From Nitrospirota bacterium (GTDB lineage Bacteria > Nitrospirota > UBA9217): a DNA stretch of 64,000 nucleotides. A program made the translations under genes and the position numbers. The notes under the pieces were generated by a model, which did not search any database, was not told where the DNA came from, and saw nothing but the letters and a program-made list of their open reading frames with translations. Shown one piece after another: positions 1 through 10,684 of this stretch. Numbering within the stretch: position 1 is the first letter of the stretch; the number at the start of each line of letters is the position of its first letter. Location: the NCBI GenBank assembly GCA_963749655.1, contig CAVVOB010000016.1, positions 32,001-96,000 of the forward strand, written 5' to 3'.

Positions 1-604
1 TCCGGACCAGCTGGCTGAACAGGCTTTGAACGTCTGATGCCGTCCTGCTGTCGAGGTTGCCGGTAGGCTCATCAGCGATTAAAACCGGAGGATCGTTCGC
101 CAGCGCCCGGGCTATTGCGGCCCGCTGCTGCTCGCCCCCTGACAGGGCCGCCGGCAATTTTGCGCCCTGTGCCGCAATGCCTACCCGGTCGAGCAATGCC
201 CGGGCACGGTCGACGCGCTCGCGCTTCGGCACTTTGTTCACGAAATCCATGGCCAGGAGCAGGTTCTCCATGATGGTGAGCGTGGGTATCAGCTGGAAGA
301 ATTGAAATACGATCCCGATGTTCTTTCCCCTCCATATCGCAAGGCTGCTTTCGTTCAGGCTGTGCACCGCTGTGGAATTTATGAGGACGGTCCCCTGGCT
401 TGGATGGTCGATTCCCGTGATCATATTGAGCAAGGTCGATTTTCCGCTGCCCGACTTCCCGACGATCGCGACGTATTCCCCGTTGTCGACCGCCAGATTG
501 ACGTCCTTCAAAACCGACACGGTTCTCCCTGCCGAAGAAAATTGCTTGCTGATCCCCCGAAGATCGATGATCGTCGCCGTTGCCGGTCTTGTCTGATTAT
601 TCAT
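1..604 (-). CDS. ABC transporter ATP-binding protein (LolD/MacB-like), 3' end outside the window
   Basis: Manual translation from ATG at 604 (RBS AAGGAG): Walker [18 protein letters not shown], signature LSGGEQQR, Walker [12 protein letters not shown]. Absent from the ORF track because it has no stop in the window. Confidence 0.93.
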   Translation of the reverse strand, partial: MNNQTRPATATIIDLRGISKQFSSAGRTVSVLKDVNLAVDNGEYVAIVGKSGSGKSTLLNMITGIDHPSQGTVLINSTAVHSLNESSLAIWRGKNIGIVFQFFQLIPTLTIMENLLLAMDFVNKVPKRERVDRARALLDRVGIAAQGAKLPAALSGGEQQRAAIARALANDPPVLIADEPTGNLDSRTASDVQSLFSQLVR

Positions 605-642
605 TTGACACGCTCCTTGTTGTCGAATATAATATTCATTAA

Positions 643-727
643 CGAACACTATGTTCGATTAAATACTAGATGTCTTTTATCGCACTGTCAACAACCAATG
701 TGGTCCCGATTGTTCACTACTGAACAA
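643..727. promoter_or_regulatory. Two palindromes, likely TetR operators, in the divergent promoter region
   Basis: CGAACA-cta-TGTTCG (643-657) and TTGTTCA-ctac-TGAACAA (710-727) lie between the ABC gene and tetR. Confidence 0.55.
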
Positions 728-761
728 AACAGTTCGATTTGTACGCGAAAAAGGGGATTCT

Positions 762-1460
762 ATGAAAGAAAAAAAGGAGGACCGCCGGATCAGCCGCACG
801 CGCAAACTGATGCAGGAGGCGCTGATGGCCCTGATCGTGGAAAAAGGCTACGAGGCTGTCACCGTGCAGGACATTCTCGATAAGGCGGACATCGGCAGAT
901 CGACCTTCTATGCGCACTACCGGGACAAGGACGAGCTTCTCCTCTCCGGCTTCGATCATCTGCGCACCCTGTTCGAGCAGCAGCAGCACTCCCTGTTTGC
1001 CGCCAAACAGGGCGGGGAAGACACCGACTTCAATATGATCCTGGAGCTCTTCCGCCACACGGGCGAACATCATAAATTGTACAAAGCCATCGTGGGCAAA
1101 CAGAGCGGCGAGATGATTTTTAAATATCTCCACCGGTATCTCTACGATCTCCTGATCGTGCCCCACACAGCGCTTATGAAGAACAGAAAAGCGCCGCCCG
1201 TGCCGATCGAGATAACGACCCACTGGCTGGTCAGCTCCCTTCTTTCCCTCATGACCTGGTGGCTCGACAACAACATGCCCTATTCAGCGGAAAAAATGGA
1301 TGGAATATACAGGAAACTGACGATGCCCGGCATCGAAGTCGCTTTGGGTCGTAAAGTGCAGAGGAAGGAATATGACAGGATTACACGGGATGACCACGAC
1401 GGGAGCGCGAAGGCGTTTTACAGTCTTTTTGTCGACGATGATTGCTGTACAGGGAAATAA
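762..1460 (+). CDS. TetR/AcrR family transcriptional regulator
   Basis: N-terminal DRRISRTRK...KGYEAVTVQDILDKADIGRSTFYAHYRDK HTH. Confidence 0.93.
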   Translation: MKEKKEDRRISRTRKLMQEALMALIVEKGYEAVTVQDILDKADIGRSTFYAHYRDKDELLLSGFDHLRTLFEQQQHSLFAAKQGGEDTDFNMILELFRHTGEHHKLYKAIVGKQSGEMIFKYLHRYLYDLLIVPHTALMKNRKAPPVPIEITTHWLVSSLLSLMTWWLDNNMPYSAEKMDGIYRKLTMPGIEVALGRKVQRKEYDRITRDDHDGSAKAFYSLFVDDDCCTGK

Positions 1461-1690
1461 GCATTTCCGGCAAGGGGAGTCTCATTCGCATACATTTACG
1501 ACCGGGTGCCTAATAAAAAAGGGTCAGCTCAATAAGCCGACCCTTGAAAAATCGCATCACTATCCTCTGTTACGCAAACATCCGCAACAGTTCCGCGAAA
1601 AACGCTCTTAATCCGCTTCTCCTGTCCTGGAGCGTCCGTCCCAACCATCCTGCTGAATTCACGACAGACCGGCAGCTGCAGCTGTCCATC

Positions 1691-2986
1691 CTATTTCCCA
1701 TACACTGTCATCAGGTCCTTCCCCATGGAATAGACCAGGCTCGCGCCCGCGCGTTCGAACCCGTAGAGAGCACGCCACGAATTGGACTCGGCCGTCGACA
1801 TGAGCGTCACCGCGTCGAGCACGTCCGTTGCCGTGCCGACCCCCTCCTGGTAGCGGAGACGCTGAAGCCTCAGGTTTTCTTCCGCCTGGGTCACGGCGGT
1901 CTTGGCCACATCGATCTTCTTGGCAGAGCTGTCGAGATCGAGATAAGCGGACTTCACGTCCATCCTCACGGCATCGACGATCTTGTCCCTCGTGAGCCTG
2001 AGGGACAGAAGCTCGCTCCTGCCCGCTGCTGCGCGGGACCGCGTGGCTCCGCCGGAGGAAAGACTGATGGTCATGCCGGCGATGAGGGACCAGTTGTCCT
2101 CGTGCACCATATACCTGTTCTCCTGGGACTCATATCCGCCTGACAGGTAAAAGGTCGGCAGGTGCTCTGCCTCCACGGACTTGACGCTTTCCCCTTTTGC
2201 CAGGATCGCGGCATCGATGATCCTGATCTCCGGGCTTTCGGCTTCTGCCGTGGCCCAGGCGTCTTCGAGCACGATTGCCGATGACGGCATATTCTTCACC
2301 TCTTCGAGGTGTACGGGATCGTTCAAGGGCCGGAGCAGAAGGCTGTTGATCCGCGACGCCCTGAGCGACCGCAGGTTGTCGGCGGTGAGATAGCGCTGCC
2401 GCGCGTCCGCGAGGGTCACGTCGGCCTGGAGCACTTCGTTCCTGGTGACCACGCCTGCATCGTACCGCGCCTGCGCGTCCTGCTTGTGGGTCTCGTAGCG
2501 CTGCACGTCCTCGCCCGCAACCGCGAGCAGCTTTTCCGCTTCAAGAAGATCGCAGTAGGCAATGATGAATTCGAGGGCAGCCCGGTTCTTTGCCCGGACG
2601 GTCTCGATTTCCCTCGTCTTCGCGTCGAATTCAGCGGCGTTGATCGAGGCCGAGGTCTTGCCGAAGTCGTACAGGAGCTGGGTCGCGGAGACGCCGTAGG
2701 TCAGGAACTTGTCCTGCGCCGTGGGCACGGTCTCCGTGCCGAACTTGGCTGCCGGTTGGTAACGCAGCCACGTTTCGTAGCCGTAGGCGTTCACCTGCGG
2801 CAGCCAGGCAGCCCGCGCCGTCGACACGCCGCTCCGCGCCGCTTCTTCATTTGAACGGGCGATGCCTGCGTCCCGCCCTGTCTCGGCAACGATTTTCAAC
2901 CCTTCTTCAAGGGTCAAGGCGTGAACAGCCGGAGAAAAGAGCACGACAGCCGCACAAAGAAACAAGACCTTTACCGATCGTTTCAT
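1691..2986 (-). CDS. TolC family outer-membrane efflux protein
   Basis: Signal peptide MKRSVKVLFLCAAVV. Motifs LTLEE, QLLYDFGK, RYDAGV and RYQEGVGTATDVLDA. Last gene of the efflux operon. Confidence 0.9.
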   Translation of the reverse strand: MKRSVKVLFLCAAVVLFSPAVHALTLEEGLKIVAETGRDAGIARSNEEAARSGVSTARAAWLPQVNAYGYETWLRYQPAAKFGTETVPTAQDKFLTYGVSATQLLYDFGKTSASINAAEFDAKTREIETVRAKNRAALEFIIAYCDLLEAEKLLAVAGEDVQRYETHKQDAQARYDAGVVTRNEVLQADVTLADARQRYLTADNLRSLRASRINSLLLRPLNDPVHLEEVKNMPSSAIVLEDAWATAEAESPEIRIIDAAILAKGESVKSVEAEHLPTFYLSGGYESQENRYMVHEDNWSLIAGMTISLSSGGATRSRAAAGRSELLSLRLTRDKIVDAVRMDVKSAYLDLDSSAKKIDVAKTAVTQAEENLRLQRLRYQEGVGTATDVLDAVTLMSTAESNSWRALYGFERAGASLVYSMGKDLMTVYGK

Positions 2987-3052
2987 GATTACCTCGCCTC
3001 TAATTAAAAGTGCCCTTATCGCAAGCCGCGTGTTCGCACCGTGCATAAAAAC

Positions 3053-3691
3053 TCATGCCTGCGCCATGTTCTTTGCCAGGGTAATGATCGCGTCCGCAGC
3101 CCCGTCAAACCCCGTTGCCTGGGCATCAAGACAAAGATGGTAGTTCCGGGCATCGTTCCAGTCCTTGCCTGTCGTGGTCCGGATATAGGTTTCCCGCTGC
3201 TGGTCGGATTCGTCGATTTCAGCAAGCGCCTGTTCCGTGGTCAATTCGTGAAATTTTTTCAGACGCGCTATCCGGAACTCCCGGGGCGCATGGATGAATA
3301 CGTTGCAGACATTCGGCCGCCGGGCCAGCACGTTGAAGCCCGCGTGGCCGACGATCACCGCATTCTGTCTTTCGGCGATCTGCCGGATGATCCCGCATTC
3401 CGCGGCGAACAGCTCTTCATCATAGACCGGCTTCCGGGCAGGAGGGACGTAGGCCGCTTCCGGGGTGCCGAAAACGAAACTCTTCATCAGGCTTTCAATG
3501 AACCCGCTCTTCTTTTCATCCTGCCGGGAAATGTCCTTGATGTCGACGCCGAGCTCCCGTGCCGCTGCATGGAGCACTTCACGCTCAATATACCGGTAAC
3601 CGAGCTTCCGGGCGATCAGATGGCCGATATAGGCCCCCCCGCTCGCCAGCTGTCTCGATACGGTGATGATCTTTACCTGATTAGCTGTCAT
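3053..3691 (-). CDS. Cytidylate kinase-like family protein
   Basis: IITVSRQLASGGAYIGHLIARKLG, NAVIVGH, VFIHAPREFRIAR, YHLCLD. Confidence 0.85.
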   Translation of the reverse strand: MTANQVKIITVSRQLASGGAYIGHLIARKLGYRYIEREVLHAAARELGVDIKDISRQDEKKSGFIESLMKSFVFGTPEAAYVPPARKPVYDEELFAAECGIIRQIAERQNAVIVGHAGFNVLARRPNVCNVFIHAPREFRIARLKKFHELTTEQALAEIDESDQQRETYIRTTTGKDWNDARNYHLCLDAQATGFDGAADAIITLAKNMAQA

Positions 3692-3716
3692 CTCTTTTTC
3701 CTCGCCGTTGCTAATT

Positions 3717-3752
3717 CCTGGACCCTTGCCCCATGCCCTTGACCCTGGACCC
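3717..3752. repeat. Degenerate 7-nt tandem repeat (CCTGGAC/CCTTGCC type)
   Basis: cctggac ccttgcc ccatgcc cttgacc ctggacc between emrB-like and CMK-like genes. Confidence 0.55.
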
Positions 3753-3761
3753 TATTTCGAG

Positions 3762-5309
3762 CTACTCTGCCACGATCTCCGCCGTCCCCTCCTGCTTCCT
3801 GTCGGATTTCAGGAAAAAGATGAAAGGGAATGAAAGGATGAACAGGAACGTGATCAGCACATACATATGGTTGTAGGCCATCATGCCGGCCTGGCGCGAC
3901 ATCTCGCCGTCGAGAAGCGAAAGCGCCATCTGCCGGGCCGAGGATGGATCGACTCCCTGGCCCTGCATGCCGCCGGTCACGGCTCCGATCCAGTTTGATC
4001 CTGTTTCTCCGTATTCGGTGACCTTTTCTGCCAGCATCGCATGATAGGAGGTCATGGACTTGGTGAGCTGTGATGCGGCGACCGCGATGCCGACGCTTCC
4101 GAAGACCTGGCGCACCACATTGTAAAGTCCTGCCGCGGCGGTCAGACGCGGCTTTTCTGTGGTCGAAAGGGTTGCCGTGCTGAGCGCGACAAAGATCACG
4201 CCGAACCCCAGCCCCTGCAGGACCTGGGGAAAGAACAGATCGTTGAAGCCCATGGTAAGAGACAGGCGCGACAGCTGGAAAAAGGATATCGCCGTCAGGA
4301 CGAGCCCTCCCCCGATCATCAGTTTCGGTCCCAGCTTGTTATAGAATTTTCCGCCGGCAGCCATGGCAACGGCCATGGCCAGGCTCCTCGGCATCTGGAT
4401 AAGCCCTGAATCCAGCGCCGGATACCCGAGCAATTGCTGCAGGAACATGGGAAGGAGAAAGAGGCCGCTCATGAGCCCCATGCCGAGAAAACCGCCGATA
4501 AGAGAGCCGGAGGTAAAATTCAGGTCCCTGAGGATCCTGAGGTCCACTGCAGGCCGGTCGCAGGTCAATTCCCGCCAGATGAACAGCACGATGCCGGCGA
4601 GCGACGCCAGCAGAAGGTAGCGGATCATCGGGGACTCGAACCACGCCTGCTGTTCGCCTTTTTCGAGCATGATCTGAAAGGCGCCGAGCCCCACGGTCAT
4701 GAACGCAAGGCCGGGCAGGTCGATCCTTCCCTTTTCACGAACCAGGAACGGCGGGTCCTTGATGTACCGCAGGACCATGATGATGTTGAGCAGCCCGATC
4801 GGCACGTTGATCAGGAACACCCAGGGCCAGGAATAATGGTCTGTCAGCCAGCCGCCGATCGTCGGCCCGAACGCGGGCCCCAGCACGACCCCGAAGCCGA
4901 AAAGGCCCATCGCCATGCCCTGTTCCTCGGGGGGGAAAGTCTCGCGCAGGATCGCCTGCGACACGGGGATCAGGGCCCCGCCGGCCATGCCCTGGAACAC
5001 GCGAAAAAATACCATCGAAGGCAGGTCCCAGGCGATGCCGCAGAGCATCGAGCTGATGGTGAAGCTGATGATGCTCAAAACATAGAAATTCTTCCTGCCG
5101 TAGCGGGCGCTCAGCATGCCTACGATCGGCATGATCAAAACGTTCGCAAGGATGTATCCCGTCGCGACCCAGGTGATCTCCTCGATCGTGGCGCTCAGAC
5201 TGCCGCGCATATAGGGAAGCGCAACGTTCACGATGCTCGAATCGAGGGCGCTCATGACGGTGCCGATCATCACCGTAAGCGTGATGATCCACTTATCGGA
5301 CTTCGCCAT
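3762..5309 (-). CDS. emrB: DHA2 family MFS efflux permease (EmrB-like)
   Basis: MSALDSSIVNVALP, RVFQGMAGG, GPAFGPTIGGWLTD..SWPWVFLINVPIG. Start taken at MAKSDK. Confidence 0.9.
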   Translation of the reverse strand: MAKSDKWIITLTVMIGTVMSALDSSIVNVALPYMRGSLSATIEEITWVATGYILANVLIMPIVGMLSARYGRKNFYVLSIISFTISSMLCGIAWDLPSMVFFRVFQGMAGGALIPVSQAILRETFPPEEQGMAMGLFGFGVVLGPAFGPTIGGWLTDHYSWPWVFLINVPIGLLNIIMVLRYIKDPPFLVREKGRIDLPGLAFMTVGLGAFQIMLEKGEQQAWFESPMIRYLLLASLAGIVLFIWRELTCDRPAVDLRILRDLNFTSGSLIGGFLGMGLMSGLFLLPMFLQQLLGYPALDSGLIQMPRSLAMAVAMAAGGKFYNKLGPKLMIGGGLVLTAISFFQLSRLSLTMGFNDLFFPQVLQGLGFGVIFVALSTATLSTTEKPRLTAAAGLYNVVRQVFGSVGIAVAASQLTKSMTSYHAMLAEKVTEYGETGSNWIGAVTGGMQGQGVDPSSARQMALSLLDGEMSRQAGMMAYNHMYVLITFLFILSFPFIFFLKSDRKQEGTAEIVAE

Positions 5310-6412
5310 GCCTGACACCCGCTGTTTGTTCCTGTTTAGGCGTTTCCCTGATCGCCACGGACGGATAGACCGAGAGCCCCGGCTGCAGCGGATGGGCCGA
5401 ATCGGGCTTCGCATCGAGCACGATCTTGACCGGTATGCGCTGCACGACCTTAACGAAGTTGCCTGTCGCGTTCTGGGGAGGCAGGAGGCTGAAGACCGCT
5501 CCCGGTGCCCGGCTGAAAGCTGTCCACGCGGCCGCTGATGACGACACCGGGATAGGCGTCCACCGTGATGTCCACGGGCTGACCGGGTTTCATGCGGGAG
5601 ATCTGCGTCTCTTTGAAATTCGCCACCACCCAGAGGGCGCCGTCGTCCACGATCGCCAGCAGCGGCTGACCGGGCTGCACGTACTTGCCCTCGTCCACGT
5701 TCTTTTTGGCTATCCTGCCGCCGACGGGTGCGGTGATGGTGGTCCTGCCGAGGTCCAGCCGCGCCAGATTCAGTGCGCTTCCGGCCTCACGGATCTTGAA
5801 TTTCTGCGTCGTAACCTGGGCGTTCAGCGCCTCGATGGCGGCTTCGATCTCGGACACCGCTGCATGCGCCGAGGCTTTCCGCGCCCCGGTGTCCTTGAAG
5901 CGCGCTTCCGCCTGGTCGTACTGGCTCTGGGAAATGACTTCTTTTTCCCGGAGTTCGGTGCTTCGCTTCAGGTCTTTCTCGGCAAGGGCAACCCCTGTTT
6001 CAGCCGCATCGAGATCAGCCCGGGCGCGTGCGAGCGCCATGGTCTTCACCTTGATCAGGGCGTGCGTTTCCTGCTGCTCCGCCGTCATACGGGCAACGGA
6101 ATCCTGCCGTGACTGCACCAGCGAGTTGTAGTCGTCCGCCGCGATTTCCACGAGAGCGTCCCCGGCTTTTACGAGCTGGTTGTCCGTAACGAGCACCTTC
6201 ACGACCCTGCCCTTGACCTCCGAGCTGATCGGCACGACCGTTCCTTCGATAAAGGCGTCGTCAGTGCTCTCGTGCGCCAGCGCATAGGATATTTTCCTCG
6301 CCCCATAGACCAGCGCGAGGGCAATGCAGAAGACCAGAACGGCCCGGATACCCCAGGTCTTCACCTGCGTCCGGCGTGATGGTTCCTGTTCCGGATCATT
6401 CTTCATGAACAT
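5293..6412 (-). CDS. emrA: HlyD/EmrA membrane fusion protein, one frameshift near 5505
   Basis: HESTDDAFIEG and WVVANFKETQI in ORF 5450..6538. The conserved FSLLPPQNATGNFVKVVQRIPVKI continues in ORF 5293..5547. Confidence 0.88.
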
Positions 6413-6486
6413 AAGCTGCTTCTCCTTCTGTCTTAAAAACATATTCCGCTGATTATATGATTTCCCCGCGCCTTTCGGAAAAGGCG

Positions 6487-7125
6487 TTACTGTTTCACGA
6501 CGCCCCCCAGAAACAACCGGAGGGTCCCGCGAATCCATTCATGACGATGTTTTTCCGCTGCAGGAGATTGACCGAAGAACTCCTTTTTTGTCCTGTCCCT
6601 TCGGCACCGCTGCGCGATCTGCGCCATGAGGAATTCCGCCGCGAAATGCGGATCGACATCGGGCGCCAGAAGCCCCGTCTTTCCTGCGTGCTCGAGAAAG
6701 GTATTCAATGCCGCGCGATGCCGGAGGATGGTCTTTTTGAAAACTTCGGAGCTCCGCTCCCCTTCGCGCTGGATGATCGTCATGACTTCCGGCTGGCTGA
6801 TGATCGCCTCGATCGTCTGACCTACAAAAATTTCCAGACGGACCTTCAGGTCCTCCATGCTCTGGGGAGGCAGCAGGGTCTTTCTCGAAGAAACGAACAG
6901 CTCCGACAAAAACTCCTCGATGATGTGATGAAACAGGTTTTCCTTCGATTCAAAGTGATAGTTGACCGCGGCAATGTTCACTCCGGCCGTTTCGCTGATC
7001 TCCTTGATGGACGCCCCGTCGTACCCTTTTGCCGCGAACAGGCTTGCTGCTGCGGAAACGATGCGGTTTGCCGTATCACCCGAAGACCGGGAACGGGGAG
7101 ACGGGATATTCTCTTTTACTTTCAT
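6487..7125 (-). CDS. TetR/AcrR family regulator of the efflux operon
   Basis: AAASLFAAKGYDGASIKEISETAGVNIAAVNYHFESKENLF. Confidence 0.92.
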   Translation of the reverse strand: MKVKENIPSPRSRSSGDTANRIVSAAASLFAAKGYDGASIKEISETAGVNIAAVNYHFESKENLFHHIIEEFLSELFVSSRKTLLPPQSMEDLKVRLEIFVGQTIEAIISQPEVMTIIQREGERSSEVFKKTILRHRAALNTFLEHAGKTGLLAPDVDPHFAAEFLMAQIAQRCRRDRTKKEFFGQSPAAEKHRHEWIRGTLRLFLGGVVKQ

Positions 7126-7217
7126 TCGGGCACTCCCTCATGAGGCGTCCCGGCAGGCCCGCCGGGAGAGACAGTAATACCACACCGCGGCGGCCATTGC
7201 AAATTAAATATTTTAAT

Positions 7218-7239
7218 AATTCAAATGGACATTTTAATT
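7218..7239. promoter_or_regulatory. Imperfect palindrome, probable TetR operator
   Basis: AATTcAAATG-ga-CATTTtAATT in an AT-rich stretch upstream of tetR. Confidence 0.45.
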
Positions 7240-7361
7240 TATGTCCGATCCGCGCGCCTAGCCTCTTTCCCCCGGGAGCCCCCCCTTTCTTCTTTCCGCT
7301 GCCGCTGCGGGGCGGCCGTTCAGTGCAGCCTTATACTATAACAGAACATCCGGAGAGGAGA

Positions 7362-7544
7362 TCATTCGAGCACACCTTCTTTCCCGATCATGTCAAACGG
7401 ATAGGCGCTCGTAAAAATAACATCGACATCAGGTTTCTGCCTGCGCGCTGCTTCAATGAGGCCGACAATTCCGCCCATTCCCGCATGTATTTCTACCGGT
7501 GATTTCCGAGTTTCGAGATCGAACACGTCGGCTGGGCCGCACAA
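7362..7544 (-). pseudogene. Possible remnant of a receiver domain C-terminus
   Basis: RRQKPDVDVIFTSAYPFDMI resembles [20 protein letters not shown] at the end of the hybrid kinase 10944..12983. Confidence 0.35.
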
Positions 7545-7744
7545 TTCTGCAAGATTTGCAAAACCTGATGCGACCGCTCGAGCACTTTCCGCGACATTCT
7601 GAAGCCGACAAGCCCGGCTGGAGAGAGCTTCTTTTCCGCTGTGCTATAGTTTAAGTCATCGTGGCTATCGTTTGGATCTGCGTCAACACAGGGCCCTCTT
7701 GCGGAAATTCTCAATCATGAATGTACAACGAAGGAGGTAGTGCC

Positions 7745-8788
7745 ATGAAAATTGCAAAACTTGTCTTTACCCTGTTCATTGTTCTGGTCTTTGCGCAAAC
7801 AGCGTCTGCTGCCGACGAACTCATGAAACGGGCGCAGCAGATGTTCAAGCCGATCCCGACGAGGGCGCCCGTGATCGCGGACAACTCAGCGACACCCGAA
7901 AAAATCCAGCTCGGCAAAACGCTCTTTTTTGATCCCCGTCTGTCCGCGAGCGGCCTCATCAGCTGCAACACCTGCCACAATGTCGGCATGGGCGGCATCG
8001 ATTTCCAGGAGACCTCCATCGGGCACAAGTGGCAGAAGGGACCGCGCAATGCGCCTACGGTGCTGAATTCCGTTTTCAACATGGCCCAGTTCTGGGACGG
8101 AAGGGCCCCTACCCTCGAACAACAGGCAAAAGGGCCGGTGCAGGCGTCGGTGGAAATGAACAATACCCCCGACCGCACCGTGGAGACGCTCAAGAGCATG
8201 CCCGGGTACGTTGCCATGTTCACGAAGGCTTTCCCCGGACAAAAGGACCCGGTCTCCTTCGAGAACATGGCAAAAGCGATTGCCGTATTCGAGGCGACGC
8301 TCATAACACCCCGGTCGGCCTTTGACCAGTATCTCGACGGCAAGGTGAGCGCGCTGGAAGCTCCGGAAAAAGAGGGTCTCGCACTGTTCATGGACAAGGG
8401 TTGCGGCGCCTGCCACGGCGGTATCAACATGGGAGGAGGAGGATACTTCCCCTTCGGCGTGGCGGCAAAGCCGTCATCGGACATCATGAAGGGGGATGAA
8501 GGCAGATCTAAGGTCACCGGCGTCAAATCCGATGAATATATGTTCAAGGCTCCATCGCTCAGAAATATCGCCCTGACGCCGCCCTACTTCCACTCCGGTA
8601 TGGTATGGAGCCTTAAGGATGCCGTGGCCGTCATGGCAAACGCGCAGCTCGGCATCAGCCTGAATGCAGCGGAAATCGAGCGCGTCGATGCATTCCTCAG
8701 AAGCACGACCGGCGCCCAGCCGTCGATCGTTTATCCTATTCTGCCCGCCTCCACGGACAGCACACCAAAGCCCAAGCTGGATTTGTGA
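7745..8788 (+). CDS. ccpA: Diheme cytochrome c peroxidase
   Basis: Signal peptide, LGKTLFFDPRLS, CNTCH, RNAPTVLNS, QFWDGRA, CGACH, FKAPSLRNIALTPPYFHSG. Confidence 0.92.
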   Translation: MKIAKLVFTLFIVLVFAQTASAADELMKRAQQMFKPIPTRAPVIADNSATPEKIQLGKTLFFDPRLSASGLISCNTCHNVGMGGIDFQETSIGHKWQKGPRNAPTVLNSVFNMAQFWDGRAPTLEQQAKGPVQASVEMNNTPDRTVETLKSMPGYVAMFTKAFPGQKDPVSFENMAKAIAVFEATLITPRSAFDQYLDGKVSALEAPEKEGLALFMDKGCGACHGGINMGGGGYFPFGVAAKPSSDIMKGDEGRSKVTGVKSDEYMFKAPSLRNIALTPPYFHSGMVWSLKDAVAVMANAQLGISLNAAEIERVDAFLRSTTGAQPSIVYPILPASTDSTPKPKLDL

Positions 8789-9040
8789 TGTGAAAGCAGC
8801 TGTCAGTGTCAGTTCTCAGCATTCGGCTTGACTCAAGGCAGAGCCCGGGGGCGCATAGACGGCGCTCCCGGCGTCATCTATTTTATTGGCAATATCAAAT
8901 CCGTGCAATACTCACAGTATGTTTCATTCCAGTGAGTCACCGTTCAAAATAGACTGTCTATGTTGGTACGGAATGCTCATCCTGCTCACGCCAATCCGGC
9001 AAATTGCCGATGTTCCTTGATGATTCTTCATTGCATTTCA

Positions 9041-9056
9041 GGGCACGACAATTGCT
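9041..9056 (+). promoter_or_regulatory. Sigma54 (-24/-12) promoter
   Basis: GGGCACGACAATTGCT fits GG-N10-GC and is close to TGGCAC-N5-TTGC. It lies ~60 nt upstream of the heptaheme gene. Confidence 0.6.
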
Positions 9057-9113
9057 AGAGTTAATTGGAGCATCTGCACAGAGACTTCTATTTTTTTGTC
9101 CGGAGGGCCACCC

Positions 9114-10667
9114 ATGAAGAAGCGACTCGGTGTTGTCATCAAATGTGCGTTAGTCCTGTCGTTCCTTTTCCTGCTCCCCCTGCTGCAGGCATGCAGCACA
9201 AGTTCCGACAACCCGCCCGCGCCCCCTGCCACGGCGACCGGCGCGATCAAGGGATCGGTCAAGGACCTCGCAACGGGCAGCGCGGTTGCGGCAGCTGTTA
9301 TTTCCGACGGAACGTATTCCACGACAACGGATGTGAGCGGCGGCTACACCCTTACGACCACGGCAGGAAGCCACACCATGACCGTTACCGCCGCGGGGTA
9401 CTCCATGCCGACCCGCAGCTGCGACGTCGCGTCGAACGCGACAACGACACTTGACTGGAGCCTCACGGTCGATCACGGCGACTACTGGGACTACAGCGCC
9501 GCGACCCCTTCGGACATCCTGATCCCCGCCGCAACCATGGACTATGTCATCCTTGCCTGGAACGACCTGGGAATGCACTGCGCCCAGGACGACTACTCGT
9601 ACTTCCTGATCCTGCCGCCCTTCAACACGCTCCATGTACAGGTGTTAAAGCGCGGGGGAGGTATTGTGACCAGCGGCATCACGGTCAAGTACGCGTTCCC
9701 GAAAAAAACGGATTCAACGCTCCATACGAACTTCTGGACCTATGCTTCGAAATACGGCTGGACCCTTGCCCCCAATGTAGGCCTCACCGGCACAACACTT
9801 GCCGGCGACATGACCCTGGACAGCAACGGGCTCGGGTACGTTGCCACGGGCATCCCGGTCACTCCTTATGACGACGACGGGACGTGGGACCCTTACGGCC
9901 AGGCGGAGATCACGCTCGTCGACAGCGGAACCGGGACGGTGCTCCAGACCGCATCGGTGGTGGTGCCGATTTCGACGGAGCTGAACTGCAGCAACTGCCA
10001 TGGAGCCGACAATCCCTTCCTGAACATCCTGCAGACCCATGACCGGCTGAGCGGAACAACGCTTGCCGCGGACCAGGCAGCCGGCGTTCTGCATGCCTGC
10101 GCCGAGTGCCATGGCGACAACGCCCTCGGCATGGCAGGCAAGGCCGGGGTGAAGAACCTCTCCCTTGCCATGCACGGCTGGCATAAAGACAAGATGAACG
10201 TATCCGCGGATCCCAACAAGCCCACGTGCTACAACTGCCATCCCGGGCCGAAGACCAAATGCCTCCGGGGGCAGATGCACCAGGCAGGCCAGTCCTGCCA
10301 GGATTGCCACGGGGACATGCAGGCGATGACGGACAAGCTTACGGCAGGCAGGAAGCCCTGGCTCGAAGAACCGCGCTGCGCAGACTGCCACGGCTCCCAG
10401 TACGCGGAGAACGACAACACGCTCTACCGGAATTCGGTGTTCATGAACACGCCGGACACAATGAACGTCCCCAGCAAAATGGACGGCAAGCTTTACTGTG
10501 AAGCGTGCCATAACAGCACCCATGCCGAATACCGGTCCTCCAATCCTGCGGACAGTTCCATCCCCCTGAAATTCCAGGGCGATGACTACTGGATCTGGAA
10601 CTGCTACGTCTGCCATACGGACTACATGCCTGCTCCCTCCATGCACCGTTCGCTGACAGGGATGTAG
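9114..10667 (+). CDS. Multiheme (7 CXXCH) cytochrome c lipoprotein with an N-terminal carboxypeptidase-regulatory-like beta domain
   Basis: Lipobox LQAC and LAWNDLGMHC motif. Hemes CSNCH, CAECH, CYNCH, CQDCH, CADCH, CEACH, CYVCH. Confidence 0.88.
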   Translation: MKKRLGVVIKCALVLSFLFLLPLLQACSTSSDNPPAPPATATGAIKGSVKDLATGSAVAAAVISDGTYSTTTDVSGGYTLTTTAGSHTMTVTAAGYSMPTRSCDVASNATTTLDWSLTVDHGDYWDYSAATPSDILIPAATMDYVILAWNDLGMHCAQDDYSYFLILPPFNTLHVQVLKRGGGIVTSGITVKYAFPKKTDSTLHTNFWTYASKYGWTLAPNVGLTGTTLAGDMTLDSNGLGYVATGIPVTPYDDDGTWDPYGQAEITLVDSGTGTVLQTASVVVPISTELNCSNCHGADNPFLNILQTHDRLSGTTLAADQAAGVLHACAECHGDNALGMAGKAGVKNLSLAMHGWHKDKMNVSADPNKPTCYNCHPGPKTKCLRGQMHQAGQSCQDCHGDMQAMTDKLTAGRKPWLEEPRCADCHGSQYAENDNTLYRNSVFMNTPDTMNVPSKMDGKLYCEACHNSTHAEYRSSNPADSSIPLKFQGDDYWIWNCYVCHTDYMPAPSMHRSLTGM

Positions 10668-10684
10668 TGCACGTTCATGATACA

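Noticed and set aside
643-736. LexA/Cheo box (CGAAC-N4-GTTCG)
   Set aside because: The spacers here are 5 and 6 nt, and the divergent TetR explains the palindromes better.
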